Source of the DNA: Octopus sinensis
Lineage: Eukaryota
Direction: 5' to 3'
DNA: 64,000 nt
NCBI RefSeq assembly: GCF_006345805.1
Contig: NC_043026.1
Location: 8,432,001-8,496,000 of the forward strand
Shown here: positions 25,010 through 40,100 of the stretch, piece after piece
Numbering within the stretch: position 1 is the first letter of the stretch
How the letters are laid out: each line of letters starts with the position of its first letter
The notes under the pieces: generated by a model
The model's input: only the letters and a program-made list of their open reading frames with translations
Told to the model about the DNA's origin: nothing
Databases searched by the model: none
Translations under genes and position numbers: made by a program

Positions 25010-26915
25010 TCATCATCATCGTTTAACGTCCGTTTTCCACGCTAGCACAGGTTGGACGGTTTGACCGGGGTCTTGGAAACCAGGAGGGTACACCAGGCTT
25101 CCTAACGCCAAACATTCCGTGAGTGTAGTCGGTGTTTTTTACGTGCCACCGGCACAGGTGCCAGGGGTGTCTGGCATCGGCCACGTTCGCATGGTGCATT
25201 TTATGTGCCACCGGCACAGAAACCAGTCAAGGCGGTGCTGGCATCGGCCACGTTCGGATGGTGCTTTCTACGTGCCACAGGCACAAGTATCACAACTGCT
25301 ATTCCATTGATATTTATTTTGATGTTTGTGTTTATGTTTATGTACTTGACTCAATAGGTCTCCTGAAGCACAGCAGCAGGTCACTCTACGATCCAAGGTA
25401 AGCACAGCAGACGTTCTGCAATCCAAGGTACTTTGAATGGGCTGTGGCTATATGAAACTGGTGCAGGAAGCAGCCCGGGTCTTTGCAGTCACAGCATATC
25501 TCCAGAGAACTCAGTCCTTCGTCATTGCCTCTGTGAGGCCCAACGCTCGGAGGTCATGCTTGACTACCTCTTCCCATGTCTTCCTGGGTCCACCTCTCCC
25601 CCTGATACCTTCAACTGTTTGGGAGTGGTACTTCTTCACACATCTCTCCTCATCCATCCGCAGTACATGACCATACCATCGCTAGCGTCGCTCTTGCACA
25701 CCACATCTGATGCTTCTTATGTCCAGCATTTCTCTCAGGGCACTTACACTTTGTCGCGTATGCACACTGACATTACATATCCAGCGGATCATATTGGTTT
25801 TATTTCTTTCAAGTCTACGTATGTCCTCTGCAGTCACAGCCCATGTTTCACTACCGTGAAGCATGGCGGTTTGTACACATGCATCATACAATCTATCTTT
25901 CACTCTGAGCGAGAGACCCTTTGTCACCAGTAGGGGTAGGAGCTTTCTAAACTTTGCCCAGGCTATTCATATTCTAGTGATGACACTCACTGAGCATCCA
26001 CCTCCACTACTAACTTGGTCACCCAGGTAGCGGAAACAATCAACTACTTCTAGTTTCTTCCCCTGGAGTGTGATAGAATCTGTTTTCTGAGTATCTGTGG
26101 TGTCTATTGCCCCTGTGCATCTGCCGCACATGAAGGCTATCTTATCAGTTAAGTTTCCTTTGATGTTGCTGCACCTTTTATGCGTCCATAGCTTACACTG
26201 GGTACATCTTATGGAGTTTCTACCTACACCTTTCCCACAGATCGAGCAGGGCCACCTGCCTGAAGGGGGGTGTGATGAGTTCGCCTTTCTGCTAACTATA
26301 ACTTTGGTCTTTGTAACATTTACTCTAAGGCCCTTTGATTCTAGACCTTGCTTCCACACCCAAAATTTCTTTTCTAGTTCCAGTAGTGATTCTGCTTTGA
26401 GGGCCAGGTCATCAGCATAGAGGAGCTCCCAGGGACAACCTGTTTTGAATTCCTCTCTTATTGCTTGGAGGACTATGATGAATAAAAGGGTACTGAGGGC
26501 TGAGCCTTGGTGGACACCTACTTTTACCCGGAATTTTTCACTATACTCATTGCCAATCCTAACCTTGCTGACAGCCTCTCTGTATAGGGCCTGTACAGCC
26601 CTTATAAATCATTCGTCAATCTCCAGTTTCCGCATCGACCACCAGATAAGGGATCTGTCAGAGGCTTTCTCCAAGTTCACGATGTAGAGGGGTTTATCTT
26701 TAGCTAGGTATTTCTCCTGCAGTTGTCAAACCAGGAATCAGTGGTGCTTCTACCTGGCACAAAACTGAACTGCATCTCATCTAAGCAAATTCTCTCCCTA
26801 ATGAGATGGGCTATGACCCTCTCTGTGACCTTCATCACCTGACCCAACAGTTTAATACCCCTGTAGTTTTTTTCTATCAAGAGCATCACCTTTATCCTTG
26901 TAGCAGTTGACTATA
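25010..26915 (-). mobile_element. Degenerate 5'-truncated RTE LINE (RT and C-terminal region)
   Basis: Frameshifted pieces NYRGIKLL..VMKVTER, ELLYADDL, GRWPCSICGKGVGRNSIRC, RLYDACVQTAMLHGSETW; (ATC)n tail. Confidence 0.9.
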
Positions 26916-27022
26916 CATACATACATATATATACATATATATACATATATATACACACACTTATAAGTACATAAAGTTCATATACATGCATATGTTAACA
27001 TAAGCATGTAAATATATATACT

Positions 27023-27054
<32 letters not shown>

Positions 27055-28299
27055 TTCACACACATACATATGCATATATTTATGTATGTGTATGTTGATC
27101 TTTTACTTGACCCTCCAGTCATCAAATTGAGGCCTAGCTGGGGCACCACCTATTTAAATGGACTGACTCTGCACTTATTTTCTTTCAGAGTCTGGATCTT
27201 ATTCTATCAGTGCCTTTTGCTGAACTGCTTAGTTATGAGGACAGAGACACACCAACACACACACCCACATATATATGTACAACGGGCTTCTGTCAGTTTC
27301 CCTCTACCAAATCTATTCCCAAGGCCTTGGTTGGCCTGAGGTTAGAGTAGCAGTCTAGGTGCCATGTAGTGGGACTGAACCTTGGACCATGTGCTTGGAA
27401 AGTAAATTTATTGTGGAATAAAAAATGTGTGTGTGTGTGTACAGGCGTGTCTGTGTGGTGAGAAATGTGCTTCCCAACCACATGGTTCTGGGTTCAGTCC
27501 CATTGTGTGGCACCTTCAGCAAGTGTCTTCCACTACAGCCACAGGGCGATTAAACCCTTGTTTGAATTTGGTAAACGGAAACTAAAAGAAGCCCACCTTA
27601 TATATGTGTACATATATACAAATCAATATGTGTATGTGTGTGCATGCGAGTGCACATCTGTGTGTGCATCTGCCTGTGAGTGTGTATCTGTGTCTATGTC
27701 TGTTCGCCTCTCACTGCTTGGCAACCGGTGAGTGTGTGTTTATGTCCCCATAAGTTAAAAGTTTGGCGAAAGAGACCCTTAGAAAAAGTCACAAGCTTAA
27801 AAATATTTAGTCCTTGGGTCAACAAGGTTGACAAAATTTTCATCAAGGCGGTGCCCCAGCATGGCCACGATCTTAAAAAAGTAAAAAAAAGAAAGATATA
27901 CACAATTGAGGGGTGTATGAGTGTATGTGTTTGGAAATTCCAAAACTCAAAGAGATACTTAAATTTGGTGAGTAAATAGGAAGTAAAAGTTGTTAATTGT
28001 CCTTATTTTTGACTTTGATAAGCATTCAGATAAAACACTTTCTTAGAAAGCTTTTTTTGGGTTAAACAAGATAAACAAGTGGCGTGGGAAAAAATTTAAC
28101 TAGGACTCATTGGAAAAGGTATGCCTGTATGTGTGTATGTATATGGGTGTGTTTGTAGGTACATGTTTATATGTATATATATGAATGTACATGTATGTGT
28201 AGCTATATATGTATGTATACAAATTTAAATATTGAGGATGGGATTTTTCCATATAAAGAAAGAAGGCAAAATAAGTGAATATGATTGGTTCAGAAACAT

Positions 28300-29150
28300 G
28301 AAACACTTGAATGGAAATGCATGGGAGGTGGTGGTGGTGTTGGTGGCCATGTTGGAGAGGATGTAAAGAGAGAAAGAAAGAATATAGGATTGGATGGGAG
28401 GTGGGGAGAGGGTGTCATTCATACAGTCTGTGGTAATCTGAGATAGACGTGTCGATGCAATCTGGCTAACATATACTACAACACACCAACATATACACAC
28501 ACATACCTATACACTACAACAGACACATACTTTTAAACCAAGATACATACCCATGACAAGGTAACACCCACCAGGTGTCTAGAAACTTCTTCCTGGTAGA
28601 TTATAGATATAGCTGTAAGTGCAGCACACTAGCCAAACCATTGCCACTTTTGCAAAAGATTTCTGAGAGAGAGAAAGACTTCAGGCTAGAATAAACACCT
28701 CAACACAAGTAATCCAGGTAATTATTTTATTTAATACGCAATTTACCAATACACTTCGTTAAAGCTTCATTAGAACTATTTCAAACATAAACTTTTATAT
28801 TGGAATTTGTTTTATTCTCAGGCAGTATTTTTTTAGACCAGAAACTTTTCAAAGATTTTACACTGTTACATTACAAGTAAAAATTTTCATTTCCAGAATA
28901 TAAAATAAAGTATAGTTTGGTTATAACTATGTCAAAACTAATTTAATGGAAATTAAAGGAACGGATATGTTCATCAAAGAATACACAATTTTAGGTAGTT
29001 TAAATTTAAAATTTGTAAATTAATTTTATGGCTGTTAAATTAATTGTTAGTTTTCTGTAAGCTTAATTTTTTAAAAGCTTAGCAAAGGAGAAGGGCCCCG
29101 CCAATGACCCTTTATTTTCCCAGGGTCTGCGAGAGAAAGACATTCTCAAA
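28300..29150 (+). promoter_or_regulatory. Conserved upstream/5'-leader block of copy 3
   Basis: Near-identical to 14500-15330; donor at 28718, acceptors at 28821 and 29123. Confidence 0.55.
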
Positions 29151-30431
29151 CAAGAGACCTAACATGAATGCATACTACAAGGAATCTTGTCAAATATATA
29201 ATTCCATCAGACCACCACTTCAGACTGGCATTTTAATTATCGACCCTTGCATAATAAAAAATCAAATTTAATCTCAGCAGGATTTGAACTCAGCAGACAA
29301 AGAGAATAAATACCACAAGGTATTAAGTCCAACGTTCTAACGACTCTACTAATTAATCTTTTTCTTCTTTCAATCAATGAAATGTTTTAAACTACTTTTT
29401 TATTTTAATATTAAACTTTGTATATAAATGGAATTGTTCTGGTGATTTCATTTCTATTTTATATCTTGAAGCAAACAAGAAGAATTGTTTAAATATTAAA
29501 CAATTTGGTGACAACATATATTTTCTCTCTCAGCACATCTTTATCCTACATCAACATTTTAATGTACGATGCATTAAATATGTTTTCTCACCATCTTCGA
29601 TATTATTTATCAGATGGATGGCTTCTGAGAATTACTTCACATTGTCTGCAATTATTATAAACTCTATTACAAGAACAACAGCAAAGTCCCAAAAATGCCA
29701 CTAAAAACATGTTAGATAATAACAACTTATGGGTGGGGTCATGGCTAGAACGTCTGACCATAAGGTGGCTAGATAAGAATTGACTTTCAGTTAAACATCA
29801 ACAACAGAAGCCATAATTTTAATTTATTTTAAACAAATATATTTGTTACATTTCAAATATAATGTTTATAAAAATAATTTTAGTATTTCAACTTTATAAA
29901 TTGTATTCTGACATTATAAAAGTTAAACATTCTATTAAATTAAAAAGGATAATAGTTTTGATATATTTTTATAAATTACATTTAAATATTGTATTTGAAG
30001 GAATAATCTACGTTATAATTTGGTAAATTTAGAAATATTCTTGGAGATTTCTGTGGAATTATCAGCTTGGTTGATAAATAGAGTAGTGATGGGTGTTTTC
30101 TTTTAAAATGTAGATTTGTGGATGTGAAAGACATGAATAAAGACTGTCATTTATAGAGATAGGTTAACAGACTAAATGGTGGTGGTCATGGTTGTAGAAA
30201 GATTTCAAGTTATGTATGTAATGTGTGGCTGATGTGTTTTACTCCTTTAGTTATTGAACCACGGCCATGCTGGAGCATTGCCTTTATGTATTTAACTGAT
30301 TGTATTATCACCGGTATTTCTTTTTAAGTCCGGTACATATTTTAACCGAATCTATTTGTGGATCAGCTAAATTAGGAAATGGAGTAGATATTTTAATTAA
30401 ACAGTAAGTACTAATGATTAAATGATGGAAA

Positions 30432-30502
<71 letters not shown>

Positions 30503-31337
30503 GAGAGAGAGAGAGATACACACTTGTATACATATATATATACGCACACTCTTCACATTTGTGCTAATTTCCTCCTACCATTTTATAAACAGTAAAAAAT
30601 GTGTCCAGGATTTCAAATACTTTTACAAGAAGAGAAAGTTCATATTTTTTTTAACAATTTCAAAAATATTTGATGAATTCTAAAGAAAGAAAATGTAAAT
30701 TATATTTAACGACAAAAAGTTTTAGATTTTATGTTTCATGGAAAATTCAAAATTTGCAAATCAATTTTACAGAAATATAAGCTAAGAAATCAAATAGGTA
30801 CGTAATTGTGTCTCTATTTTTGTCCCATTAACATTGCTTGACAACCGATGTTGGTGTGTTTACATCCCTGTAACTTAAAAGTTCAGGAAAAGACACCAAT
30901 AGAATAAGTACTAGACTTACAAAGAATAAGTCCTGGGGTCAATTTGTTTGATTAAAGGCGGTGCTCCAGTATGGCCACAGTGAAATGACTGAAACAAGTA
31001 CAAGAATAAAATATATATATATATACATATATACACGTACACTATATAAATACACACACACACATAATATATACATGTTTATGTAAAAGGGAAATAAAAT
31101 GTTGAAGTTGATATTTAAAAGGAGACAGGGAATGAGAGAAAGAGAGAGAGAGAGAGAGAAGAAAGTAAAAGAAGAGAAGGACATATGAAGGATATAAAAT
31201 AGGAAAGGGAGGGTTGTTATCATTATTATTATTAATTACTATTATTATTATTATTAATTACTATTACTATTATTATTATTATTATTAATTACTATTACTA
31301 TTATTATTATTATTATTAATTACTATTACTATTATTT

Positions 31338-31547
31338 GGGTGGTGAGCTGGCAGAATCGTTAGCATGCTGGGCAAAATGCTTGGCAGCTATTTGTTTGCC
31401 TTTACGTTGTGAGTTCAAATTTTGCTGACATCAACCTTCATCCTTTCGGGGTCAATAAAATAAGTACCTTTTGAGTTCTGGGGTCTATGTAATCAATTTA
31501 CCTGCTCTCCAGAACAAGCTGGCCTTCTGTTAAAATTTGAAGCCATT

Positions 31548-31612
<65 letters not shown>

Positions 31613-31794
31613 GACTCATCTGCCACTACATTCTGAGTTCAAATTCCACCAAGGTCAACTTTGCCTTTCATCCTTTTGGGGTCGATTCAATAAGTTCCAG
31701 CTATGCACTGGAGGCGATGTAATTTACTAGTCCCCTGACTGCAAATTTCAGCCCTTGTGCCTATAGTAAGAAAGTATTCTTCTTCTTCTTCTTC

Positions 31795-31842
<48 letters not shown>

Positions 31843-32430
31843 CTGTGATAAGCTGGCAGAATTGTGAGGATGCAAAGCAAAATGTTGAGCGGCATTTTGT
31901 CCATCTTTACATTCTGAGTTCAAATTCCACCAAGGTTGACTTAGCCTCTCATCATTTTCAGATCGATAAATTAAGTACTAGTTGAGTACTGGGGTCAGTG
32001 TAATAGACTGGACCCTTCCTTGAACTTGCTGGCCTTGTGCCAAAACTTGAAATCATTTTTATTATATTAAAAAAAAATAAAAGAAATCATTGCTGTTGTT
32101 GTTGTTGTTTTTGCTGCTGCTGCTAATATTATTATTATTGATGTTGTTATTGTTATAGTTATTGATATTCTTCTTCTTCTTCTTATTATTATTATGTGAT
32201 GAATGAGCAGAATTGTTACAAAATGCCAGACAAAATACTTTGCATCATTTCTTCCAATTTTACGTTTTTTGAGTTCAAATTCCGCCAAGGTTGATTTTGC
32301 CCCTCGTCCTTTTGGGATTGATAAAATAAGAACCAGTTAGGGGCTGGGGGTGGTGATGTAATCAATTAACCCCCCCACCCCACACCCAAAATTTCAGGCC
32401 TTAATGCCTATAGTAGAAAGGATTATTATT
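31338..32430 (+). mobile_element. Head-to-tail array of about four diverged SINE B copies separated by (ATT)n
   Basis: GAGTTCAAATT plus CCTTTCATCCTTT.GGGGTC.ATAAA.TAAG motifs recur near 31410, 31635, 31915 and 32270. Confidence 0.75.
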
Positions 32431-32682
32431 ATCTTCAAAATATTACCAAAATAATTTGGGGGCATGGCTGTATGGTTAAGAAACTCACTTTAGAACCTTG
32501 TGGTCTCAGGTTCAGTCCCACTTTGCAGCACCTTAAAGAATTAACTTCTTCTAATGTTCCAGGTTGACTCAAGCCTTGTGAGTGGGTTTCGTACATGGAA
32601 CTGATAAATCCTATGGTATATACATGTGTGTGTATATTCATGTATGCATATCTACATTTGTACTTGTATGTGTATGAATGTA

Positions 32683-32721
<39 letters not shown>

Positions 32722-33474
32722 ATATGTCTGCTCACATCTGCTTGTCTTGACATCTGCTGCGAATTATAAACAAATGTCACGTCACACAAACAGAGTCGTT
32801 TGTTTGCAGTGTTTCACCAGAAAACATATCCAACCATTGTGCTGTTCATGTTGGAAGAATTTGGGGAAATATTCTCTTGCTTGAAGCCAGGTGAGGATTG
32901 GTGAGCCTCATCGAGTGTAGTCATAGACTTGACTGAGTGGGACTCACAAGAACCTGGCAAGAAACAAAACAAAATTATGAGAGGGAAAATACAGAAAAGA
33001 AAATACATCATCTGATGTATTATAAAGGTTTTGACATCCATTTTCCCTAACTGGCATGGGTAGGACAGTTGATGAGGAAGCAGTGAACCAGAGGACATTG
33101 CTGAGCTTCAATGAAAGATTTGGCAAGATTTCTACAGCTGGATGATCTTCTTAACACCAGATGCACACATACACGTGTGTGTATGTGTTTATGTGTGCAT
33201 AAGAGTATATGAATGAATAAACATGGGTTTACTTATGTTTGATTGCACATCTGATTTTGTATGCTAGCATGGGTTAGGTGAATATATTATTGTAGCCTTG
33301 TTTTACAGGCAGACAACCTTCCTATTGCTCACCCAAAACTCTTGTTCTTTTGGCATTCAATGATTCATATCTATAAACATACATAGACACAAACATTTAT
33401 ACACGGGTATGTGAAGGTATATTCATATAATTGCACATGTGCATTTATGTATATCTGTATGTATGTATATATCA

Positions 33475-34930
33475 TCATCATCATCGTTTAACGTCCGCTT
33501 TCCATGCTAGCATGGGTTGGACGAATTGACTGAAGGCTGGTGAACCAGATGGCTGCACCAGGCTTCAATCTTGATCTGGCAGAGTTTCTACAGCTGGATG
33601 CCCTTCCTAACGCCAACCATTGAGAGTGTACTGGGTGCTTTTACGTGTCACCGGCACGGGGCCAGTCACGCGATACTGGTAACGACCTTGCTCAAATCTT
33701 TTACACATTCCACTGGCACAGGTGCCAGTAAGGCAATGCTGGTAACTATCAAGCTCAAATGGTGACTTTTATGTGCCACCTGCACGGAGGCCAGATAGCT
33801 GCTCTGGACAGGATCACACTCGGATGGTGCACTTAATACTCTACTAGCACGGGGCTCAAGTACCAGTAAGGCGACGCTGGTAATGATCACAATCGAAGGG
33901 TGCCTTTTAAGTGCCACTGGCACGGAAGCCAGTTAGCAGCTACGGACGTTAGTCATTGAATTGGATTTTGATTTCACTTGATCAACAGGTCTTCGCAAGC
34001 AGAGTTTAAGTCGTCCAAAGAAGGAAAAGGTATGCATAAGTGGGCTGGTTATGCCCCTGGCATAGGCCATGAGGTTATGGTCACATTTGGTTTGCCGGGT
34101 CTTCTCACGCATGGCATATTTCCAAAAGTCTCAGTCACTAGTCATTTCCTTGGTGAGGCCTAAAGTTCGAAGGTCGTGCTTCACCACTTCATCCCAGGTC
34201 TGGGTCTACCTCTTCCACAGGTTCCCTCAACCGCTATGGTGTGGCACTTTTTCACACAGCTATCCTCATCCATTCTTGCCACATGACCATACCAGCACAG
34301 TCATCTCTCTTGCTCACCACATCTGATGCTTCTTAGGTCCAACATTTCTCTCAAGGTACTTACACTCTGTCGAGTACGCACACTGACATTACATATCCAT
34401 GAGATCATACTGGTTTCATTCCTTGCGAGCTTACGCATTTCCTCAGCAGTCACATCCCATGTTTCACTGCCATGTAGCATGGCTGTTCGTACACATGCGT
34501 CATACAGTCTACCTTTTACTCTGAGTGAGAGGCCTTTTGTCACCAGCAGAAGTAAGAGCTCTCTGAACTTTGTCCAAGCTATTCTTATTCTAGCAGCTAC
34601 ACTTTCAGCGCACCCTCCCCCGCGACTGACTTGGTCACCTAGGTAATGGAAGCTATCAACTACTTCTAGTTTTTCTTCCTGGAATGTGGCGGAAGTTGCT
34701 CTCTGTGCATTTTCAGTGTTTATAGCTCCCGAGCATCTGCCACACACAAAAACTATCTTCAGCATTAGCCTTCCTTTGATATTGCCGCACCTCTTATGCA
34801 TCCATAGCTTACACTGGGTACATCTTAGAGTTTCAACCAAAACCTCAACTACAGATCGAGCAGGGCCATCTACCTGAAGGGATTTGCGGTTTGCTTGCCT
34901 TCCCACTTATTAGGACTTTGGTTTTAGCTA
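33475..34930 (-). mobile_element. Degenerate RTE LINE 3' fragment
   Basis: ORF 34301-34906 LRCTQCKLWMHKRC...YLGDQVS...TAMLHGSETW, plus RTE 3'-UTR and (ATC)n tail. Confidence 0.9.
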
Positions 34931-37131
34931 GGTTGACTCTAAGGCCCTTTGATAATATATATATACATACATATATTAATATTTAGCAGAAGTAACAAAG
35001 TGACCCAAGATCCGAAAGTTTCGTTAATTAGCATTTATCAAACTGGTTCTTTGGAGGTATATTCCCAGACCTCCAAAAACCAGTTTGATGAGTGTCAACT
35101 CTCGGACCTTGAGTCCCTACTGTCATGCCCCTATCACCCCTACCTCTATCTTTCATCTCTCAATCACTCTCTCTTCTTCTTTTTACTCTACTATCTTACT
35201 GCTGTGACAATTATTGGCAGTAAATCTCTTCTCTTCACCATTCTTCCAATGAAACTAGGGATGTTGCTGGCCCTACCTGAGTCTCTCCCCAACACTCAAC
35301 CACTCCTTTTCATATATTTATTACCTTAGATCTCTCACCCATCCCAAGGTATATGTGAAACCCAGAGATTGAGGGGAACCTTTAGTTTTGTCAAGGACAT
35401 GGCAATCGTCTCTAGTGACAGTGCCATAAGATGCAGCCAGTGCACATTGTGCAGTGGTTGGTGTCAGGAAGAGCATCCAGCTGTGGAAAGAAAACCAGAA
35501 AATGTAACTTCAGGCAAGATATTCTTTGAACCATCCAACGGATTCCAGCATGGAAAGTGGGGGTAAAATGATGATTATCATACATACATACAGACGTATG
35601 GATGTATAAATATACATATGAGCATATTTCTTTGTGTATATATTATACACATTCATTCTATCATATATATATGTATGTGTATATAAATACATACACAAAT
35701 AGATTACAGTCTAATATAATTATTATGAGAGTTTTTGTAGGTTTTTCTTCCCCAAAATAAACCAAGTTGAATGGCACAATTGAAACATAAACATTCATTC
35801 CAATTTAATTATACAATTGATATATTTGCAATTATCTGCTTTTCTCTTTATAAACTTTGTTGCCTACAACAACAGCAATAACAACAACATATCCTTATCC
35901 AGCATTTCCCCAAAAATATGTTGTTGTTTAGTCCATGTATATTCAAAGAGCTGACATCCTGAAGAAGGTCACTTTTACTTTTCATTCCTCCTGGGGTCAA
36001 CAGAGTAACAGTCATTATTTCATAGACCAAGGAGGGTGCGGAGGATCATTCTGATGATGATGAGTCACCACAATGTCATTAAACACCCCCACCAATATTT
36101 CCTAATCCACTTCATTAAACCCTTAATACTTCATAATAAACTACACCAAGTTATAACTCCTCACCTGACACAAAACAAAACACACTTCACCTGCCAAACC
36201 CCTTTTTCATACAAACACATCTTTCTCATTGATACCCAAACATTGTCCCTTATATTAAAGATAATTAAGATGAACCTACCTTTCATTAATTTGGCTTATT
36301 CATTAACCAATCTTTATGATCTCAATCAGCAACAAATAATAACGATCCTCTCAACATGCTGTCTATCAGTGTGATTATATGAAAGCCCATCTTTGGATAA
36401 GCTTTCCGAGTTAATCAATGTTGTGTATGATAATTGTGTGGATTATATTAAAATGTTGAGAGATTTACAGCATTTGTCAGGTTAAGAACAGTTTCATCTC
36501 CAGCTTTATTGGTATTTGTGAATCCAAGTAAATATGGTGGAACCAAGCCAACCATGACTGTCCCATCATTTTCAGTACATATAATCATTAGTAATACTTA
36601 TATTCCATCTAACTAGCAAAATGTTCAGTCTGTCTTGTATCTGACAAATGGCTATGAAACATAATAAAGTCTATGTTTTGCTAATTGTTCCATGTTAACG
36701 AAGTTTGAATATGATTGCTGTGTGTTGGGACATAATATAGCATGTACACCAATTAAAGTTAATTTTCTCTACAGCTTAGAGTGTCTCGTTATAGAGGGCT
36801 TTTAGAGCAGGGGAATCTCTTTGACTAATTATTGTTAAATAAATCTAAGCCACACATGACTATTTCTTTGTGATGTTGAGAGCAAATATCATTTCCAGTG
36901 AAAATAATTATTTCTAATATTTCGACTCCATGTAATTAATGAAACTTATTAATACATCTTAGAATAGATTGTAATAAGTTGTTTAAATATTAATTAGACA
37001 AGATTAATTCACTGACAGAAATACATAAATGTTTTGTTTGTGTTTTTCAAATGATGAAGCAAACATCTCCCTGAAACTTTAATATTTTCACAAAGCTAAA
37101 TGTTTTCCTTATATTTCTTTACAGATCCACT

Positions 37132-40100
37132 ATGGAAGACCAGACTGAAAATACTTTAAGAAAACTTATCCCTCTGAAAAGGGCTTTAAGTTATTCAACA
37201 CCAAAATGGGATGAAGAAGGAGTTGACAATAAAAGAGGTAAATATGAGAGAGACAACGGTTCAAGGAGAGAAATATCCGAGAAACGATCTTCATTTCAGC
37301 CAACAACAAAACAAAAAAGACATAAAGGAGACGATAAAAACTGGGAAATAATTGGAAGACGAAATATTTTGGACAAACACATATTTTATACAAGATTCAA
37401 TGCCTATGAGGACAAAATTAATTTGTTGATAAATTCTCGGAAAGAAATATGTACTTTTTTAAAAAAAATTGGAATGGATGAAAATACTTTTCTAAAACAT
37501 TTTACACAGAGAATAGAAATTCTGACGAAAGACATTAAAAAAAACGATTACAATCAAGAATTTATTATTTTTGGAAAACTAGAATCGTTCCTGGAACACT
37601 ATATACAAAGAAATATTCTACAAGACAAACACAAAACCATTGATCCACCAAAAATAACCACAAAATTTCGGCCTCTTCAACAAGTTGTGACCAGAGAAGC
37701 AGATATTGAGGAATCTGGAGAAGAATTTGAAGAAATCCCAATAATATCCAATATTGTCATCATAGAGGAGGGAGTGATGACATATTCCCACCATTGCAAG
37801 ACAATAAGTGTAGTAACAAGAGACGGTGACAGAATTGATGTCCATTGTCCATCTTCTGTGACCAGTTTCACAAGAATCAGTGAAGACATGGTTCTGGCAA
37901 CCCTCCCCTTCCAAGAAATGATTCTTATTATCAGCCCCCAAACCTTCAAGATCAAAAGGATAAAGTTGGGGTTATATATGGTGAGTTACTTGGAAGATTC
38001 TACACTTATAGGTGTAGAAATGTTTGGTAAGATAGTTTACCAATTTGATTGGGAGGATAATACCATAAACTATCAATTTATTACCAAAGAAACACCTACA
38101 GATATTGCTGTAGGGGTCCAGAATATACTTGTAATTACATTCGCCAGCATCAACAGAGTAATCTGTTACAAACTGGATGGCCAACAGTTATGGGAGGTAG
38201 AGACCCATTCTCTGCACCTCCCTAGTAAAATCTCTCTGTACCAACACTATTTCTATGTCCTCCAGGGACAAATAATTTATAGGATTTCAGCTAAAGGTGG
38301 TGTAACAAGGAGGGACATTGGCAGGAAATGCCGCTCTATTTCTGTTGGTAAAGATACCATTTTGGTTACAGATTATTGCGGCAAACCACATGGTATTCAA
38401 ATGAATAAAGACTTTTGGCCCAAACTGTCATACAACCACCAGCTACATACCCCCAGTTTAAAAGACTATATTGATATTGAGGATTGCTACAACATTACTA
38501 ATATTCTACCTATGTCTACATCTTCTATATTAATAATTTACAAAAACAAGAAAGCTAAATTATTCACTGATAACGGGGAAATAATTAACCAAAATAATTC
38601 AGTTTTCTTTGAGCTTCCTTCTTTCTGTTGTAGAATAAACGCAAACAGATTCCTGGTATTTTATCGCGAAAAGAAAGGGTTTCAGTATATCACCTGTCCT
38701 GAACTAAGAAAAGGCCCTTTAATAAAGGTGAAAACTGGTTACATGAAAATATGTCATATCGTATCTAATAAGTGTTTAGCTGTGACCACCACTGAAAACA
38801 AAAGCGAGGTCCATATCCTCTTGATCAACGAAGATAAAGTTGACATTGCAGAAAGAATTTCTCTGGGACATCATAATGTCAGCATTGCTGCAACTCCAAT
38901 TAATTTTGTAATCGTAGATGGAAACGAAAATAAAATGGTATTTTATTCCACATGTGGTGAAGAACTTTTTCAAAAATACCTTCCATTCTATGGCTACCCT
39001 CATCACATCTACTCTGATAATGTTTATTTCTATGTCCTCTTCAGGAGACACTCTATTCTCAGATGTTACGATCTATATGGACAAATGAAATGGCAGTGGG
39101 AACTGCCTTTCCCTGTTCACCCTCACATTGCTGTTTTCCAAGGAACTCTTTATGTCCCGGACACTCAACTCAACAGGGTTCTTCTTTACAAGTATCAAGA
39201 CCGGTCTTCTGGCTGTTGTTTACCCACCAAAAATCCTTATATCAGAAATCTAAATCTACGACTCAAAGAAAAGGAGAATGACCAAAAACTTGTCATTGGC
39301 AAAATATGTAATCTGTCCAATGGACAGTTGGTGGTGTCCGATATCAAGCATGATTGCTTGTTGTACATTTCTAAGGAAGGAGACATTGTGTCCAGATTAT
39401 CTCTGCCGTCTACAGCTACAGATATATGTCGATGGGATTCTAATCATATAGGTGTCACATTACCCCTACAGAAACAATTAAGGGTCATCGGAAACCTATC
39501 AAAGACAGTGAGAAGTGTATCATTAAGGCAGCCTTATGTACGGGTGTGTAAGATGGGTGAAGGTGAAATTGTTTGTTATTGTGATAAACCATCACATTTA
39601 GATATTTTAGCCATCAATTATTATAATCAAGTTGAAGTAATTAAGACAATTAATATCCCTGTTTTTGTGAAATCATTATCAATAGACAAGAAAACAGAAA
39701 AGCTATTAATTGTTACTAGGGGAAATTCTTTTCAGTACAACATTACAATAGGTGGTGGTGGTCATGGCAGTCGTCAGATGGTCCCCACTGTTTTAATGCC
39801 CCGAGTGAAACGTCCCCTCAATCTCCAAGGTGGATCTATTGACCAAACGTTTGTTTATCTGATAGACAGAAGCCGTATGTTTGCTATAAATGGTCATAAT
39901 TTGGTGGTTAATGATCTCGTTACAAATAATCAACTTAATTATTATATCGACCTGGTGGATGTATTTTCCAGAAACATTTCTCTCAGCGAAATGTTGTCTT
40001 CCACTTTATATCTACAGGACCTGACAGTTTCTGATAAAGCCAGACATATTCCTCCCCATCAATATTTGGGAGACGAAGCACCAGTGAGGATTAAATCTTT

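Noticed and set aside
35090-35330. Possible old CR1/Jockey-type LINE 3' fragment
   Set aside because: Too degenerate to support by eye.
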